This document shows, in pieces, positions 27,633 to 37,337 of a stretch of DNA of 64,000 nucleotides. The stretch is from Chloroflexota bacterium. GTDB taxonomy: Bacteria > Chloroflexota > Anaerolineae > UBA1429. The stretch covers positions 93 through 64,092 of the forward strand of contig JAYENT010000043.1 of the NCBI GenBank assembly GCA_034722245.1, given 5' to 3'. The translations under genes were made by a program, and so were the position numbers. The first letter of the stretch is position 1, and each line of letters opens with the position of its first letter. A model generated the notes under the pieces. It was not told the origin of the DNA. It ran no database searches and saw nothing but the letters and a program-made list of their open reading frames with translations.

Positions 27633-29159
27633 GTGGTGACATCTACCTGTCTCTTGGGTATCGACGTAGGGGGCACGGCGGTAAAGGTGGGATTGTTCCA
27701 GGCGACGGGCGAATTCCTCGCCTTGAAACAGGTGGCCATTCCCGTACAGTCGCCGAGACCTGGTTGGGCGGAGATCGACCCCGAACGCTGGTTGGAAGCC
27801 GTCACACAGGGAGTTCATTCCGTGTTGGACGAGGCGGGTGTGTCCGCCGACTGTGTGGCGGCCATAGGGTTGAGCAATATGATCGGCACCGTCACGCCCC
27901 TGGATGCGTCGGGTTCGCCCCTGCGACCTGCCATCACCTACTTTGATAACCGCAGCGCGCGGGAGGCTTCCTGGATATTGCGAAAAGCGCCCGATATCGA
28001 GGAGATCACGGGCAATCGCATCGTCTCGGGTAACACGAGCCTCACGTCCATCCTCTGGCTCCGCGCGCATGAGCGTGGCATATATGAGGCGACGACCTTG
28101 TTCGCTCAAGTGGGGACCCTCCTCTTTCGTTGGCTTACAGGCGAGACGCGGGTCGACTGGACCAACGCCAGTTTCATGGGGCTCTATGACTATCGAACGA
28201 AGGGTTGGGATCCGGAGGTGGCCGACGCATTGGGGGTCGACCTCAATCTGCTGGCCCCTGTCGCGGCTCCTGACACGGCTTTTCCTCTGCTGAGGCGGCG
28301 GGCAGAGGCCTTGGGCCTGCGGTCCGGGACACCGGTGGTGCTGGGAGGGATCGATGGCGCCATGGCCTCAGTGGGAGTGGGAGCCATACATCCAGGGGAT
28401 GTTTTTGACGTGAGCGGCACGTCGGAAATGGTGGCCGCCTGTCTGCCCGAACCGTCCATCTGTCCACAACTGCTGGGCCGCTGGCACGTGGTACCCGGCA
28501 TCTGGGTCCTCATCGGGGCCATGAGCACGTCTGGGGCGGCGTTGCAGTGGTTTGGGCGGGAATTGTGGGGTGACGCGGGCACGGAGCCTGATCAGGCGCT
28601 TTACCAGGAGATGACGGCGGCGGCTTCCGCTTCGCCTCCTGGGGCCAACGGTGTGGTCTTTTTGCCGCACATGATGGGCGAGCGCGCGCCCCTTTGGGAT
28701 CCCCACGCGCGGGGCATCTTTTTCGGGCTCTCGTTGAGCACGGAACGTGGGGATATGGTCCGCGCTATCATGGAGGGGACGGCCTTCGCCATGCGTCATC
28801 TATTGGAACTCATTGAGGGGCAAAGCGGCGTGTCGCTGACCCGCGTTGTCACCGTGGGAGGGGCGGCACGGAACGCCCTTTGGCGTCAGATCAAAGCCGA
28901 CGTATGGGGCGTGGAGGTTGTCACCTTGAAGGTACGTGAGGCGACGGCCCTTGGCGCCGCCATAACGGCGGGCGTGGGCGCTGGCGTTTATGAGAATTAT
29001 GATGAGGCCATCCAACGCGCCCTCCCAGCGATTGATGAGGTCATTTCGCCGGACGCTTCGCGCCACCGTGCCTATGAGAAGCCATATCAAGTGTATAGAA
29101 CGCTGTATCCCGCTCTCGCGAATAGTATGTACTTTGCCGCGACGGGCGAGAGGCACTGA
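27633..29159 (+). CDS. FGGY family carbohydrate kinase (xylulokinase/glycerol kinase-like)
   Basis: LLGIDVGGTAVK, HMMGERAP and VGGAARNALWRQIKADV. Confidence 0.85.
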   Translation: MVTSTCLLGIDVGGTAVKVGLFQATGEFLALKQVAIPVQSPRPGWAEIDPERWLEAVTQGVHSVLDEAGVSADCVAAIGLSNMIGTVTPLDASGSPLRPAITYFDNRSAREASWILRKAPDIEEITGNRIVSGNTSLTSILWLRAHERGIYEATTLFAQVGTLLFRWLTGETRVDWTNASFMGLYDYRTKGWDPEVADALGVDLNLLAPVAAPDTAFPLLRRRAEALGLRSGTPVVLGGIDGAMASVGVGAIHPGDVFDVSGTSEMVAACLPEPSICPQLLGRWHVVPGIWVLIGAMSTSGAALQWFGRELWGDAGTEPDQALYQEMTAAASASPPGANGVVFLPHMMGERAPLWDPHARGIFFGLSLSTERGDMVRAIMEGTAFAMRHLLELIEGQSGVSLTRVVTVGGAARNALWRQIKADVWGVEVVTLKVREATALGAAITAGVGAGVYENYDEAIQRALPAIDEVISPDASRHRAYEKPYQVYRTLYPALANSMYFAATGERH

Positions 29160-29235
29160 GTTTTGGGGACCAATCGCCTTTTGGGCGTCTAACGGACTCC
29201 AATGGGGCAGGAATGAGGGATAAGGAGGCAGTTTG

Positions 29236-30036
29236 ATGCGTGATGATCTGTTCAGAGTAGCGACTTTCAATGCCAATTCGATTCGGGTGCGTTTGGATCA
29301 AATACTTGCATGGATGGAAAAGGAATCGGCGGATGTGGTCTGTGTGCAGGAGACCAAGGTGCAGGATGCGGACTTTCCCCGGGAGACCGTTGAGGAAGCG
29401 GGCTATCAGGTGGTTTTTCGGGGCCAAAAAGGCTACTCCGGTGTGGCCGTGATCAGCAGGGAAGCCTCCCAGGACGTGCACTATGGTTTTGATGGTGGCG
29501 GCGAGGAAGAGCAGGATGAACCGCGCTTGATTCGGGTGGTGGTACAGGGCATTCCCATTGTGAACACGTACGTGCCTCAGGGGCGCTCCGCCGACGCCCC
29601 CGAGTTTCAGTACAAACTGGAATGGTTCGACCGTCTGCGCGATCTCTTTGAGCGGAACTATTCGCCGGATGAACCTCTCCTTTGGGTGGGCGACTTTAAC
29701 GTGGCTCCCGAGCCCATCGATATTCACGACCCTGACCGTTTGAAGAATCATGTGGATTTTCACCCCAAAGCCAGGGCCGCTCTGGCACGCGTGCGCGCAT
29801 GGGGCTTTGTGGATCTGTTTCGACATCATCACCCAGATGAGGTGCAATATACGTATTGGGACTATCGCACGCGGAATGCCCTGGAGCGGGGATTGGGATG
29901 GCGCGTGGATCATATTTGGGCCACGGAGCCGCTGGTCGAGAAGTCGCGGGATGTGTGGGTGGACGAGGAGGCCAGAAGGGCCGAACGTCCCTCGGATCAC
30001 ACCTTCGTGGTGGCCGAGTTTGAGTTGGGTGTCTGA
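29236..30036 (+). CDS. xth: Exodeoxyribonuclease III
   Basis: VVCVQETK, GDFNVAP and a C-terminal PSDHTFVVAEF. The ATG lies 7 nt after AAGGAGG. Confidence 0.9.
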   Translation: MRDDLFRVATFNANSIRVRLDQILAWMEKESADVVCVQETKVQDADFPRETVEEAGYQVVFRGQKGYSGVAVISREASQDVHYGFDGGGEEEQDEPRLIRVVVQGIPIVNTYVPQGRSADAPEFQYKLEWFDRLRDLFERNYSPDEPLLWVGDFNVAPEPIDIHDPDRLKNHVDFHPKARAALARVRAWGFVDLFRHHHPDEVQYTYWDYRTRNALERGLGWRVDHIWATEPLVEKSRDVWVDEEARRAERPSDHTFVVAEFELGV

Positions 30037-30067
30037 AGGGGACGCCACAGATCAGACGGTGAGGGGA

Positions 30068-30739
30068 TCAGGCCGCCTCGCTCCCGGCGATGAGGAGCAC
30101 ATACTCCCCGCGAATCTCCTTCCCCGTCATCTGCTCCAGGATTTCCGATAGGGTGCCCCTGATGACCGTTTCATGTAACTTGGTCAGTTCGTGCCCCAGC
30201 GCCGCTTGTCTATCCCCGAACACCGCCAGGGCGTCTTTCAGTGAGCGTATGAGACGATAGGGGCTTTCGTAATAGATCAGGGTGTAAGGGGAATCGCGGT
30301 CGGCCTCAAAGAACTTTTTTCGTGCCACCGTTTTTCGGGGCGTAAAACCGCGGAAGGTGAAACTGTGGAGCGGAAGGTTGGAGAGAACGAGGGCCACCAC
30401 AAAGGCGGTCGGGCCGGGGATCATGGTCACATCGACGTTCTCTTGGATGGCGGCACGTACCAACGTGAACCCCGGATCCGCTATGCCGGGGGTTCCGGCG
30501 CTGGTCACCAGGGCTACCGATTTCCCGCCCTGCAGCAGCGCCATGATGCGCTCTGTGGCACGCTCCTTGTTGTGTTCATGGAACGATATCTGGCGCTTTT
30601 CGATGTCAAAGTGCTTTAGCAGGCGCCCCGTCTTGCGCGTGTCCTCGCTGGCCACAACGTCCACCTCTTTGAGGGTCTCCAGGGCGCGCAGCGTGATATC
30701 ATCCAGGTTCCCGATGGGTGTGGCGACCAGGTAGAGCAT
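30068..30739 (-). CDS. rsmI: 16S rRNA (cytidine1402-2'-O)-methyltransferase
   Basis: [26 protein letters not shown] and [11 protein letters not shown]. Confidence 0.9.
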   Translation of the reverse strand: MLYLVATPIGNLDDITLRALETLKEVDVVASEDTRKTGRLLKHFDIEKRQISFHEHNKERATERIMALLQGGKSVALVTSAGTPGIADPGFTLVRAAIQENVDVTMIPGPTAFVVALVLSNLPLHSFTFRGFTPRKTVARKKFFEADRDSPYTLIYYESPYRLIRSLKDALAVFGDRQAALGHELTKLHETVIRGTLSEILEQMTGKEIRGEYVLLIAGSEAA

Positions 30740-30778
30740 AGGCCGTTGTTCTCCCTATCTGTCGAACGAGTTGCTCGC

Positions 30779-32254
30779 TTATGCCTCCGTGCCTTCTTCC
30801 TTCTGCCAACGCAGTACCAAGTTGCGGGCTGCCCAGACCTCGTCCAGGCGGCGCACCGGCGCGTTGACGGGGGCATTGTGGAGAAGCTCTGGTTTCTCGC
30901 GCGCCTCCTTGGCGATCTGCTCCATGGTGTCCGCAAAATAGTCTAACATGCGCTTGCTTTCCGTTTCTGTCGGCTCGATCATCAGAGCCTCGGGCACGAT
31001 GAGAGGGAAGTAGTTGGTGGGGGGATGGATGCCAAAATCGATGAGGCGTTTGCATATGTCGAGGGCCTGGACATCCGGTGCTTCCTCTATCCTCCCCTCC
31101 AACACGAATTCGTGCATACAGAGGCGTTCGAAAGGCAGCGGATAGACCTCTTTGAGTATCGCCTGCAAATAGTTGGCGTTGAGCACGGCGCCTTTGCTCG
31201 TTTCCAGTAACCCCTTTGCCCCCAGCATGCGAATGTAGGTGTAAGCCTTGATTATGACGCCAAACTGCCCGTAGAAAGCCTTGACGCGACCGATGGATTT
31301 GGCCGGCATCTCCAGTCTGTAAGTTGGTGTAAGATCTTTTTCTGTTTTCCTTCCTTCGAGGACAACCACCGGTCCAGGGAGGAAATCGGCGAGCACCTTC
31401 GACGCGCCTACGGGCCCCGATCCCGGCCCACCGCCGCCGTGGGGGGTGGAGAAGGTTTTATGTAGGTTGAAGTGCATCACGTCGAAGCCAAGATCGGCGG
31501 GCTTGGTCACGCCCATCAGGGCGTTAAAGTTGGCGCCGTCGCCGTACATGAGTCCTCCGGCCTCGTGCACCAGGCGGGTGATCTCTAGGACGTTCTCGTC
31601 AAACAGCCCCAGTGTGTTGGGGTTTGTGAGCATCATGCCCGCTAGTTGGTCATTCACGTGTTTGCGCAGGTCGTTCACGTCCACGTTGCCGCGCTCATCG
31701 GATTCCAACTCCACCATCTCAAAGCCGGCCATGCTGGTGGAGGCCGGATTCGTGCCGTGAGCAGAGTCGGGGATGAGCATAATCTTGCGGTCCGTATCGC
31801 CCCGGCTTTCGTGGTAACTGCGGATCATCAGCACGCCCGCCAGTTCACCGTGGGCTCCCGCGGCCGGCTGTAGGCTTACGGCCTGGAATCCACTGAGGGC
31901 TTTTAGGAATTCCTGCAATTCGTACATGAGACGCAGGTTGCCCTGGACAGAGGCCTCGGGCTGGTAGGGATGTGTCTCGACAAAGCCCGGCAGCCGGGCG
32001 GCGTCCTCGTTCACTTTGGGATTGTACTTCATGGTGCACGATCCCAGCGGGTAGAACCCTATGTCCACGCCATGGTTCATCTGCGAAAGGTGGACGTAAT
32101 GGCGCATGACGTCGGATTCGCTCACCTCAGGCAAGTCCAGGTCGTCTCGCAGGAGTTCCTGTGGCGGCAGATCGCTGGGAGGCACGTCTAGATCGGGCAG
32201 ATGTGCTCCGCAACGTCCCGACACGCTCAGCTCGTAGATGATGGGTTCCGTCAT
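30779..32254 (-). CDS. gcvPB: Glycine dehydrogenase (decarboxylating) subunit 2
   Basis: PLP lysine region FNLHKTFSTPHGGGGPG. Overlaps the gcvPA stop by 4 nt. Confidence 0.95.
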   Translation of the reverse strand: MTEPIIYELSVSGRCGAHLPDLDVPPSDLPPQELLRDDLDLPEVSESDVMRHYVHLSQMNHGVDIGFYPLGSCTMKYNPKVNEDAARLPGFVETHPYQPEASVQGNLRLMYELQEFLKALSGFQAVSLQPAAGAHGELAGVLMIRSYHESRGDTDRKIMLIPDSAHGTNPASTSMAGFEMVELESDERGNVDVNDLRKHVNDQLAGMMLTNPNTLGLFDENVLEITRLVHEAGGLMYGDGANFNALMGVTKPADLGFDVMHFNLHKTFSTPHGGGGPGSGPVGASKVLADFLPGPVVVLEGRKTEKDLTPTYRLEMPAKSIGRVKAFYGQFGVIIKAYTYIRMLGAKGLLETSKGAVLNANYLQAILKEVYPLPFERLCMHEFVLEGRIEEAPDVQALDICKRLIDFGIHPPTNYFPLIVPEALMIEPTETESKRMLDYFADTMEQIAKEAREKPELLHNAPVNAPVRRLDEVWAARNLVLRWQKEEGTEA

Positions 32255-33597
32255 GATCGTCCTACCTCCTCCAATGCCGAGACAAGGTCATCAATCTGTT
32301 GAGCGGAATTCATCTCCGTCACGCACACCAGCATGTGGTTCTGCAGTTTCGGGTATGCCCGTCCCAGGTCGTATCCGCCCAGAATATCATAGTCCTGTAA
32401 GAGCCTCTCATTGATCTCGGCTACCGAGGTGGGACAGCGCACGACGAACTCTTTGAAAAAGGGCATATCGAAATCGACGCTATAGTCGGCGAGTCTGTCG
32501 ATAGCCTTGGCAGCATAGTGAGCCCTGTGATAGCAGAGCTCGGCCACTTGTTTGAGTCCACACTTACCAAGGGCGGCCAGATAAACGGCGGCCGCCAGCG
32601 CGTTAAGCCCTTCGTTGGTGCAGATATTGGAGGTGGCGCGCTCGCGTCGAATGTGCTGTTCCCTCGTGGCCAGGGTCAGGACGTATCCTCGTCTGCCCTC
32701 CACGTCGGTCGTCTGGCCCACCAACCGGCCAGCCATGCGCCGTACGAAATTCTTCTTGCAGGTGAAAAAGCCCAGATACGGCCCCCCGTAGTTGAGGGGA
32801 TTGCCCAAGGGCTGCCCCTCGCCCAGGGCGATGTCGGCGTCCATATCTCCGGGGGGCTTGAGCAGACCCAATGAGATGGGATCGCAGGCAACCACGAGTA
32901 GCGCACCGTGCGCATGTACTTTTTCTGCCACGTCGTTCAGATCATGGATGCGCCCAAGAAAATCGGGATTCTGTACAATAAGGCAGGCCGTGTTCTCATC
33001 AACCTGGTCAATGAGCCAATCCAAGTCGGCGGATGGGTCCCTGGGGGCGACGATGTCCATCTCCATCCCTTGCATGTAGGTTCTGACGGTCGCCAGGTAT
33101 TCGGGATGAACGGTTGGTGATATTATGACTTTGTTCCGTCGTCCTCGGGAGACGTTGTAGGCCATGATCACCGATTCAGCCATGGCCGTGGCTCCATCAT
33201 AGTGGGAAGCGTTGCTGACCTCCATGCTCGTCAGGTCACAAATCATGCTCTGGTATTCAAAGATGGATTGCAGGGTTCCCTGGCTGATCTCTGGTTGATA
33301 GGGGGTATAGGCCGTGTAGAACTCGGAGCGGCTCACGACGTGATCCACCACGCTGGGCACGTAATGATGGTAGGCGCCCGCGCCTAAAAAGCAGCTTACG
33401 TGTTGGAGATCCGCGTTGCTCTCGGCCACCTCCCGTAGTTCCCGCATGATCTCAATCTCCGAAACGGGCTCAGGGAGCTCAACCGAGGGGAAGCGATAGT
33501 CGGGGGGAACGGATTCAAAGAGAGCCTCGACATTCTCTACGCCGATTCTATCCAGCATCTCCTCTTCTTGCGCTTTTGTATGGGGAACATAGTTCAT
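32251..33597 (-). CDS. gcvPA: Glycine dehydrogenase (decarboxylating) subunit 1
   Basis: YTPYQPEISQGTLQ and position between gcvH and gcvPB. Confidence 0.95.
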   Translation of the reverse strand: MNYVPHTKAQEEEMLDRIGVENVEALFESVPPDYRFPSVELPEPVSEIEIMRELREVAESNADLQHVSCFLGAGAYHHYVPSVVDHVVSRSEFYTAYTPYQPEISQGTLQSIFEYQSMICDLTSMEVSNASHYDGATAMAESVIMAYNVSRGRRNKVIISPTVHPEYLATVRTYMQGMEMDIVAPRDPSADLDWLIDQVDENTACLIVQNPDFLGRIHDLNDVAEKVHAHGALLVVACDPISLGLLKPPGDMDADIALGEGQPLGNPLNYGGPYLGFFTCKKNFVRRMAGRLVGQTTDVEGRRGYVLTLATREQHIRRERATSNICTNEGLNALAAAVYLAALGKCGLKQVAELCYHRAHYAAKAIDRLADYSVDFDMPFFKEFVVRCPTSVAEINERLLQDYDILGGYDLGRAYPKLQNHMLVCVTEMNSAQQIDDLVSALEEVGRS

Positions 33598-34005
33598 CTA
33601 GTGTGTTCCCTCCTCCTGAGCTTTTTCGGCGTATTCCTTGTAGGTATCGGGATCCATCAGATCGTTGATCTGATCGGGATCCTCGATTTTAAACCTGACG
33701 AACCATCCCTCTCCATAAGGATCCTCGTTCACCAACTCGGGGCTGACCTCCAGTTCCTCATTCACCTCCAGGATCTCGCCCGCGAGGGGCAAATAGCAAT
33801 CCGAGGCCGCTTTTACGGACTCTATGACACCGTACGGCTCGCCCTGTTCGAACGTATCACCGACGTCGGGCAGCTCGACGTAGACAACGTCGCTCAAGCT
33901 GTCCTGGGCAAAGTCCGTGATGCCCGTGTAAGCCTCTTCTCCTTCTATGCGGAGCCACTCGTGGCTTTCCGTGTACAGGCAGTTCTCGTCAACTTGAACG
34001 GGCAT
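33598..34005 (-). CDS. gcvH: Glycine cleavage system H protein (lipoyl carrier)
   Basis: 135 aa with the lipoyl-lysine motif IESVKAASD. Confidence 0.95.
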   Translation of the reverse strand: MPVQVDENCLYTESHEWLRIEGEEAYTGITDFAQDSLSDVVYVELPDVGDTFEQGEPYGVIESVKAASDCYLPLAGEILEVNEELEVSPELVNEDPYGEGWFVRFKIEDPDQINDLMDPDTYKEYAEKAQEEGTH

Positions 34006-34032
34006 TTTGCAACTCCTTTCCCTCGATAGTGC

Positions 34033-35130
34033 TTATCCTCTGTAGGTGGGTGTGTAAAACGGTTTGTTCACGATGACGGCCGGCCTGACGCTGCCGTGGA
34101 TATCTATACCGATTTCCTGCCCAACGCTCGCGTGTTCGCTGGGAACGTAGGCCAGTCCGACGAACTTTTCCAGGGTGGGGGAGTACATACCGCTGGTCAC
34201 GTGACCGCGTACGGTGCCCTCTACATGCACCGCATAGTCGTGCCTGGGGACCCCTCGTTCGATCATCTCAAAGGCCACGAGCTTTCGGGAGGGGCCCTCC
34301 AGGTGCGTCTTGAGCAGGGCATAGCGACCGATAAGCGTTTCTTTGTCCAGGGATACGGCCCATCCCAAGCCCGCCTCGAAGGGGGTTATGTTGGCCGATA
34401 TCTCTTGGCCATAGAGGGGCATACAGGGCTCCAAGCGAAGCGAATCGCGGGCGGCGAGGCCGATAGGTAGGAGACCATATTCCTCGCCCGCTTCCATCAG
34501 CGCGTCCCAGACGTGGATGGCTTCGTTCGCCGGGAAGTAGATCTCGAATCCATCCTCTCCCGTATATCCCGTTCGGCCCAGGAGGGTGGGTACGCCCGCC
34601 ACGTTTGTATCTACCGCTTCGTGGTAGGCCAGTTCGTCTAGATCGTATGCGCACAGGTCTTGCAGCGTGGGTTGTGAGAGGGGACCCTGCAGCGCCAGCA
34701 TATACGTCTCCTGGGAAACGTTTTCAACGCTTACGTTGAAATGGGACCGATGATAGTTTACCCAGGATGTGTCCTTAGCGTTGTTGGCGGCGTTGACAGT
34801 GATAAAGTATCTATCGGGCATATGATAGATGAATACGTCGTCTACGATGCCCCCATCGTCATAGCACATCATCGAGTAGTTGGCGCGTCCCACGGAGAAC
34901 CGGCTGACGTCGGCGGTCATGATTCTCTGCAGATATGGTACAGCATCTGGGCCCGTAACGACGATCTGCCCCATATGATCAATGTCAAAGAGGCCCACCG
35001 CCTCGCGCACGTGGAGGTGTTCGGCTTTGGGACCCGTGGGATATTGCACCGGCAGGGCCCACCCCGCATAGGTTGTCATGCGCGCTCCCAGGGCGACGTG
35101 TCTCTCGTAAAGCGCTGTCTTCTTGGCCAT
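34033..35130 (-). CDS. gcvT: Aminomethyltransferase (glycine cleavage T protein)
   Basis: MAKKTALYERHVALGARM and GYTGEDGFEI. I use the internal ATG at 35130. The 55-aa N-terminal extension in the ORF track is Arg/Thr-rich and unlike GcvT. Confidence 0.9.
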   Translation of the reverse strand: MAKKTALYERHVALGARMTTYAGWALPVQYPTGPKAEHLHVREAVGLFDIDHMGQIVVTGPDAVPYLQRIMTADVSRFSVGRANYSMMCYDDGGIVDDVFIYHMPDRYFITVNAANNAKDTSWVNYHRSHFNVSVENVSQETYMLALQGPLSQPTLQDLCAYDLDELAYHEAVDTNVAGVPTLLGRTGYTGEDGFEIYFPANEAIHVWDALMEAGEEYGLLPIGLAARDSLRLEPCMPLYGQEISANITPFEAGLGWAVSLDKETLIGRYALLKTHLEGPSRKLVAFEMIERGVPRHDYAVHVEGTVRGHVTSGMYSPTLEKFVGLAYVPSEHASVGQEIGIDIHGSVRPAVIVNKPFYTPTYRG

Positions 35131-35159
35131 CTTTTCTGTGCCCTTTTCCAATGGCGTTT

Positions 35160-36185
35160 TCAGATGATACCATCTATGCTCACGTCTAGTTCTTTCAGTG
35201 CTTGCTCGACCTCCCCGGGTGTCAGAGGTCGGGGGTAATTGTAGAGGATCCCGCCTGGCCGTTCGTTGTAGTAAGGCCGGTTGCAGTCCGGACATCCCGC
35301 TGTGCGAAAAGCCTCGCCACGGGCGAGCAGGCGCGGAAGCGCCGCTGTCGTGGGGCCGTAACTTCTGATTCGTCCCTCGCTATCATAGCAAAAGTCGGAG
35401 GAACGCGCCACTCTTGTGGCAATCAGCCAACGGGCCACCTGCACGCGTCGGTAATTTGAGAGCGGTAGTGGCGGTTCATTTTCCAGGCGCGTGCCCTTGA
35501 TGGGGGTGAGAGCGAAAAGCCCGACTGTCACCTGAAGGTCCACCATATCCTGAATACGTTCTACCATGTCTCGTTCGCTTTCGCCCAAGCCTACGATGAG
35601 GTGCGTGCCGACGTGGCCAGGGTATCGGTAGGCGGAGGCCTGTAGAAGCTGCAGGGTCTTCTTCCATGTCCCTCCCTTGACCTGCCGATATACGCGGGGG
35701 GATGCCGCGTCCAGTGCGATGGTGACCCGTTCGGCTCCCGATTGAAGGAACATGGTCACGTCGTCCACGTTGCGGGGAACCACAGAGGTCGAGATCGGTA
35801 TGTCACACGTTCGGCTTACCATCTCTATGGCTTGCGCGGTCTGTTCAAGGTATCCTGCACTCACCGTTACCTGGAAGCATGCCCTGCCAATCTCTTCCTC
35901 CTGGTAGGCGTGCTGGAGGCTTTCAAGGACATCTTGCGGCGGGAAGGGAGGCCACACCACCCGCGACAGTGCGTTCTCTTTGGCCTCACTGCCGCGTGCC
36001 TGGGCACAGAAGGCGCAATTCCGCTGACACCGTTCGCCCAGCATCAGGTAGGCCGTGGTGGGGGGCGCGTCCATTTGGAGATCACAAAGGCCCAGAACGG
36101 CGGCTGTTCCCACAGACACTCTCCAAGACCAATCTTCTTTTTCCCGTACCTTGTGGGTTTGCTTTTCTAGTCCAGGGCGCAGCAT
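35160..36185 (-). CDS. Radical SAM protein, candidate LipS1/LipS2-type lipoyl synthase subunit
   Basis: CxxxCxxC motif (CQRNCAFC), further Cys residues including CPDC, and a BioB/LipA-like length. Lies directly upstream of gcvT on the same strand. Start codon uncertain. Confidence 0.6.
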   Translation of the reverse strand: MLRPGLEKQTHKVREKEDWSWRVSVGTAAVLGLCDLQMDAPPTTAYLMLGERCQRNCAFCAQARGSEAKENALSRVVWPPFPPQDVLESLQHAYQEEEIGRACFQVTVSAGYLEQTAQAIEMVSRTCDIPISTSVVPRNVDDVTMFLQSGAERVTIALDAASPRVYRQVKGGTWKKTLQLLQASAYRYPGHVGTHLIVGLGESERDMVERIQDMVDLQVTVGLFALTPIKGTRLENEPPLPLSNYRRVQVARWLIATRVARSSDFCYDSEGRIRSYGPTTAALPRLLARGEAFRTAGCPDCNRPYYNERPGGILYNYPRPLTPGEVEQALKELDVSIDGII

Positions 36186-37177
36186 TCGTCCCCCCAGACG
36201 ATCTGCAGGCCTCTTTTGGCGGCCATGTCCTCCGCTGCTTGGGTGGGGTTGACGATGCAGTTCAGCCCGGCGCGGATGGCCAGTTCATCAACGCGCTGGC
36301 GGTAGTCCCCGTGGGGGCGCATGCAGCCGAGGTAGATATCAGTGTCCGGCAAAAGCATGCGCGCATCCAAAAAGAGTTCGGCCACCTGCTGTAGGGGTGG
36401 GGGAGAGCAGTGAGCGTAGGCTGTGCCTTCGGTGGGGATCAGGATGATAAAGATGAGCTTCTCCAGGGCTCTATCTTGCAGAGCCTCCAACACAGCGCGT
36501 TCACCACTCAGTTTGCCGCAGCGCAGGCCGATAATGATATGGGGAACAACGGGGGCATACTGTTGCACCATGTCGAAGGTGCGCACATAGTCATCCAGCG
36601 TCGCATCAAGCCCGTAGACCTCCCGTACCGTTTCGGCGTCTCCCACCATGTCAAAGGATATCACGTCGACATAGGGGGCGATGGCTTGCATTTCTTCCTC
36701 GTCGATGAACCCCACGTGCCAGACCAGCCGGTGCTCTTTGCTCAAGGCGGCTATCCTGTCCAGGTGGGGCATCACCGGCACACGTCCTTCTTTATCGCAG
36801 CCTCCCGATATGAGACATGTCGTGGCCCCCTTCGGTTCCACGTCCCAGATCGGATGCATATGGCGCAAATAGTATCCGCCGCAATGTGCGCAGTTCAGCG
36901 CGCAGGCATCCCCCGTGACGCTCACGGGCAGGACATTGAGGGGGCGGTCAAAGTGGATAGTGGGATCATGATGCTCCATGCGTACCTGCCATGCTTGCTC
37001 CCACCGCTCGGCGGCGATAGACAAGGCTTGTTCGAATTGGTGTTCGATACGCGTAGTTGATAGGACAGAATGCTCTTTCGTTTTTTCCATACGTTCCCTT
37101 TGTTTCGCTTTCTCCAACGCAGTATAGGCACGAAGGGGGCTATCGTCAAAGTGAAGAGGCATATGCGGGACGCGCAT
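36167..37177 (-). CDS. Radical SAM protein, candidate LipS1/LipS2-type lipoyl synthase subunit
   Basis: CxxxCxxC motif (CALNCAHC) plus extra Cys residues (ISGGCDKEG, GCMRPHG, ECC). Overlaps the next radical SAM gene by 19 nt. The start may be the ATG at 37090. Confidence 0.6.
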   Translation of the reverse strand: MRVPHMPLHFDDSPLRAYTALEKAKQRERMEKTKEHSVLSTTRIEHQFEQALSIAAERWEQAWQVRMEHHDPTIHFDRPLNVLPVSVTGDACALNCAHCGGYYLRHMHPIWDVEPKGATTCLISGGCDKEGRVPVMPHLDRIAALSKEHRLVWHVGFIDEEEMQAIAPYVDVISFDMVGDAETVREVYGLDATLDDYVRTFDMVQQYAPVVPHIIIGLRCGKLSGERAVLEALQDRALEKLIFIILIPTEGTAYAHCSPPPLQQVAELFLDARMLLPDTDIYLGCMRPHGDYRQRVDELAIRAGLNCIVNPTQAAEDMAAKRGLQIVWGDECCALD

Positions 37178-37180
37178 GGG

Positions 37181-37208
37181 TTGAAGCAGACCGGGTTCGA
37201 AGTATAAT
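37181..37208 (+). promoter_or_regulatory. Sigma-70-like promoter for the NAPRT gene
   Basis: TTGAAG, 16-nt spacer, TATAAT. Implies a leader of about 120 nt before the ATG at 37338. Confidence 0.45.
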
Positions 37209-37337
37209 AGATGGCACGGGTTGTTGCTCGCATTCTATGAGGACGGAGATGATCGAGGCATGGGCGCATGCTGATCTGTGAGGAGGCGCCATAGAGCCAT
37301 TTTGATGATAGCAATCGTTAAGTGCAAGGGGGACGCG

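Noticed and set aside
35131-35159. Glycine riboswitch upstream of gcvT
   Set aside because: Only about 29 nt separate gcvT from the upstream radical SAM gene, which is too short for a riboswitch. I could not recognise one upstream of the first radical SAM gene either.
35131-35295. 55-aa N-terminal extension of gcvT in the ORF track
   Set aside because: The extension is Arg/Thr/Pro-rich and unlike any GcvT N-terminus. It would also overlap the upstream radical SAM gene. The internal MAKKTALYERH start matches the canonical GcvT N-terminus.
37185-37205. tRNA-like T-loop sequence GGGTTCGAAG
   Set aside because: The flanking sequence cannot form T-stem, acceptor or anticodon arms. The segment fits better as the spacer of a TTGAAG-16-TATAAT promoter. 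No tRNA or rRNA was found elsewhere by eye; a tRNAscan/Infernal run would be decisive.
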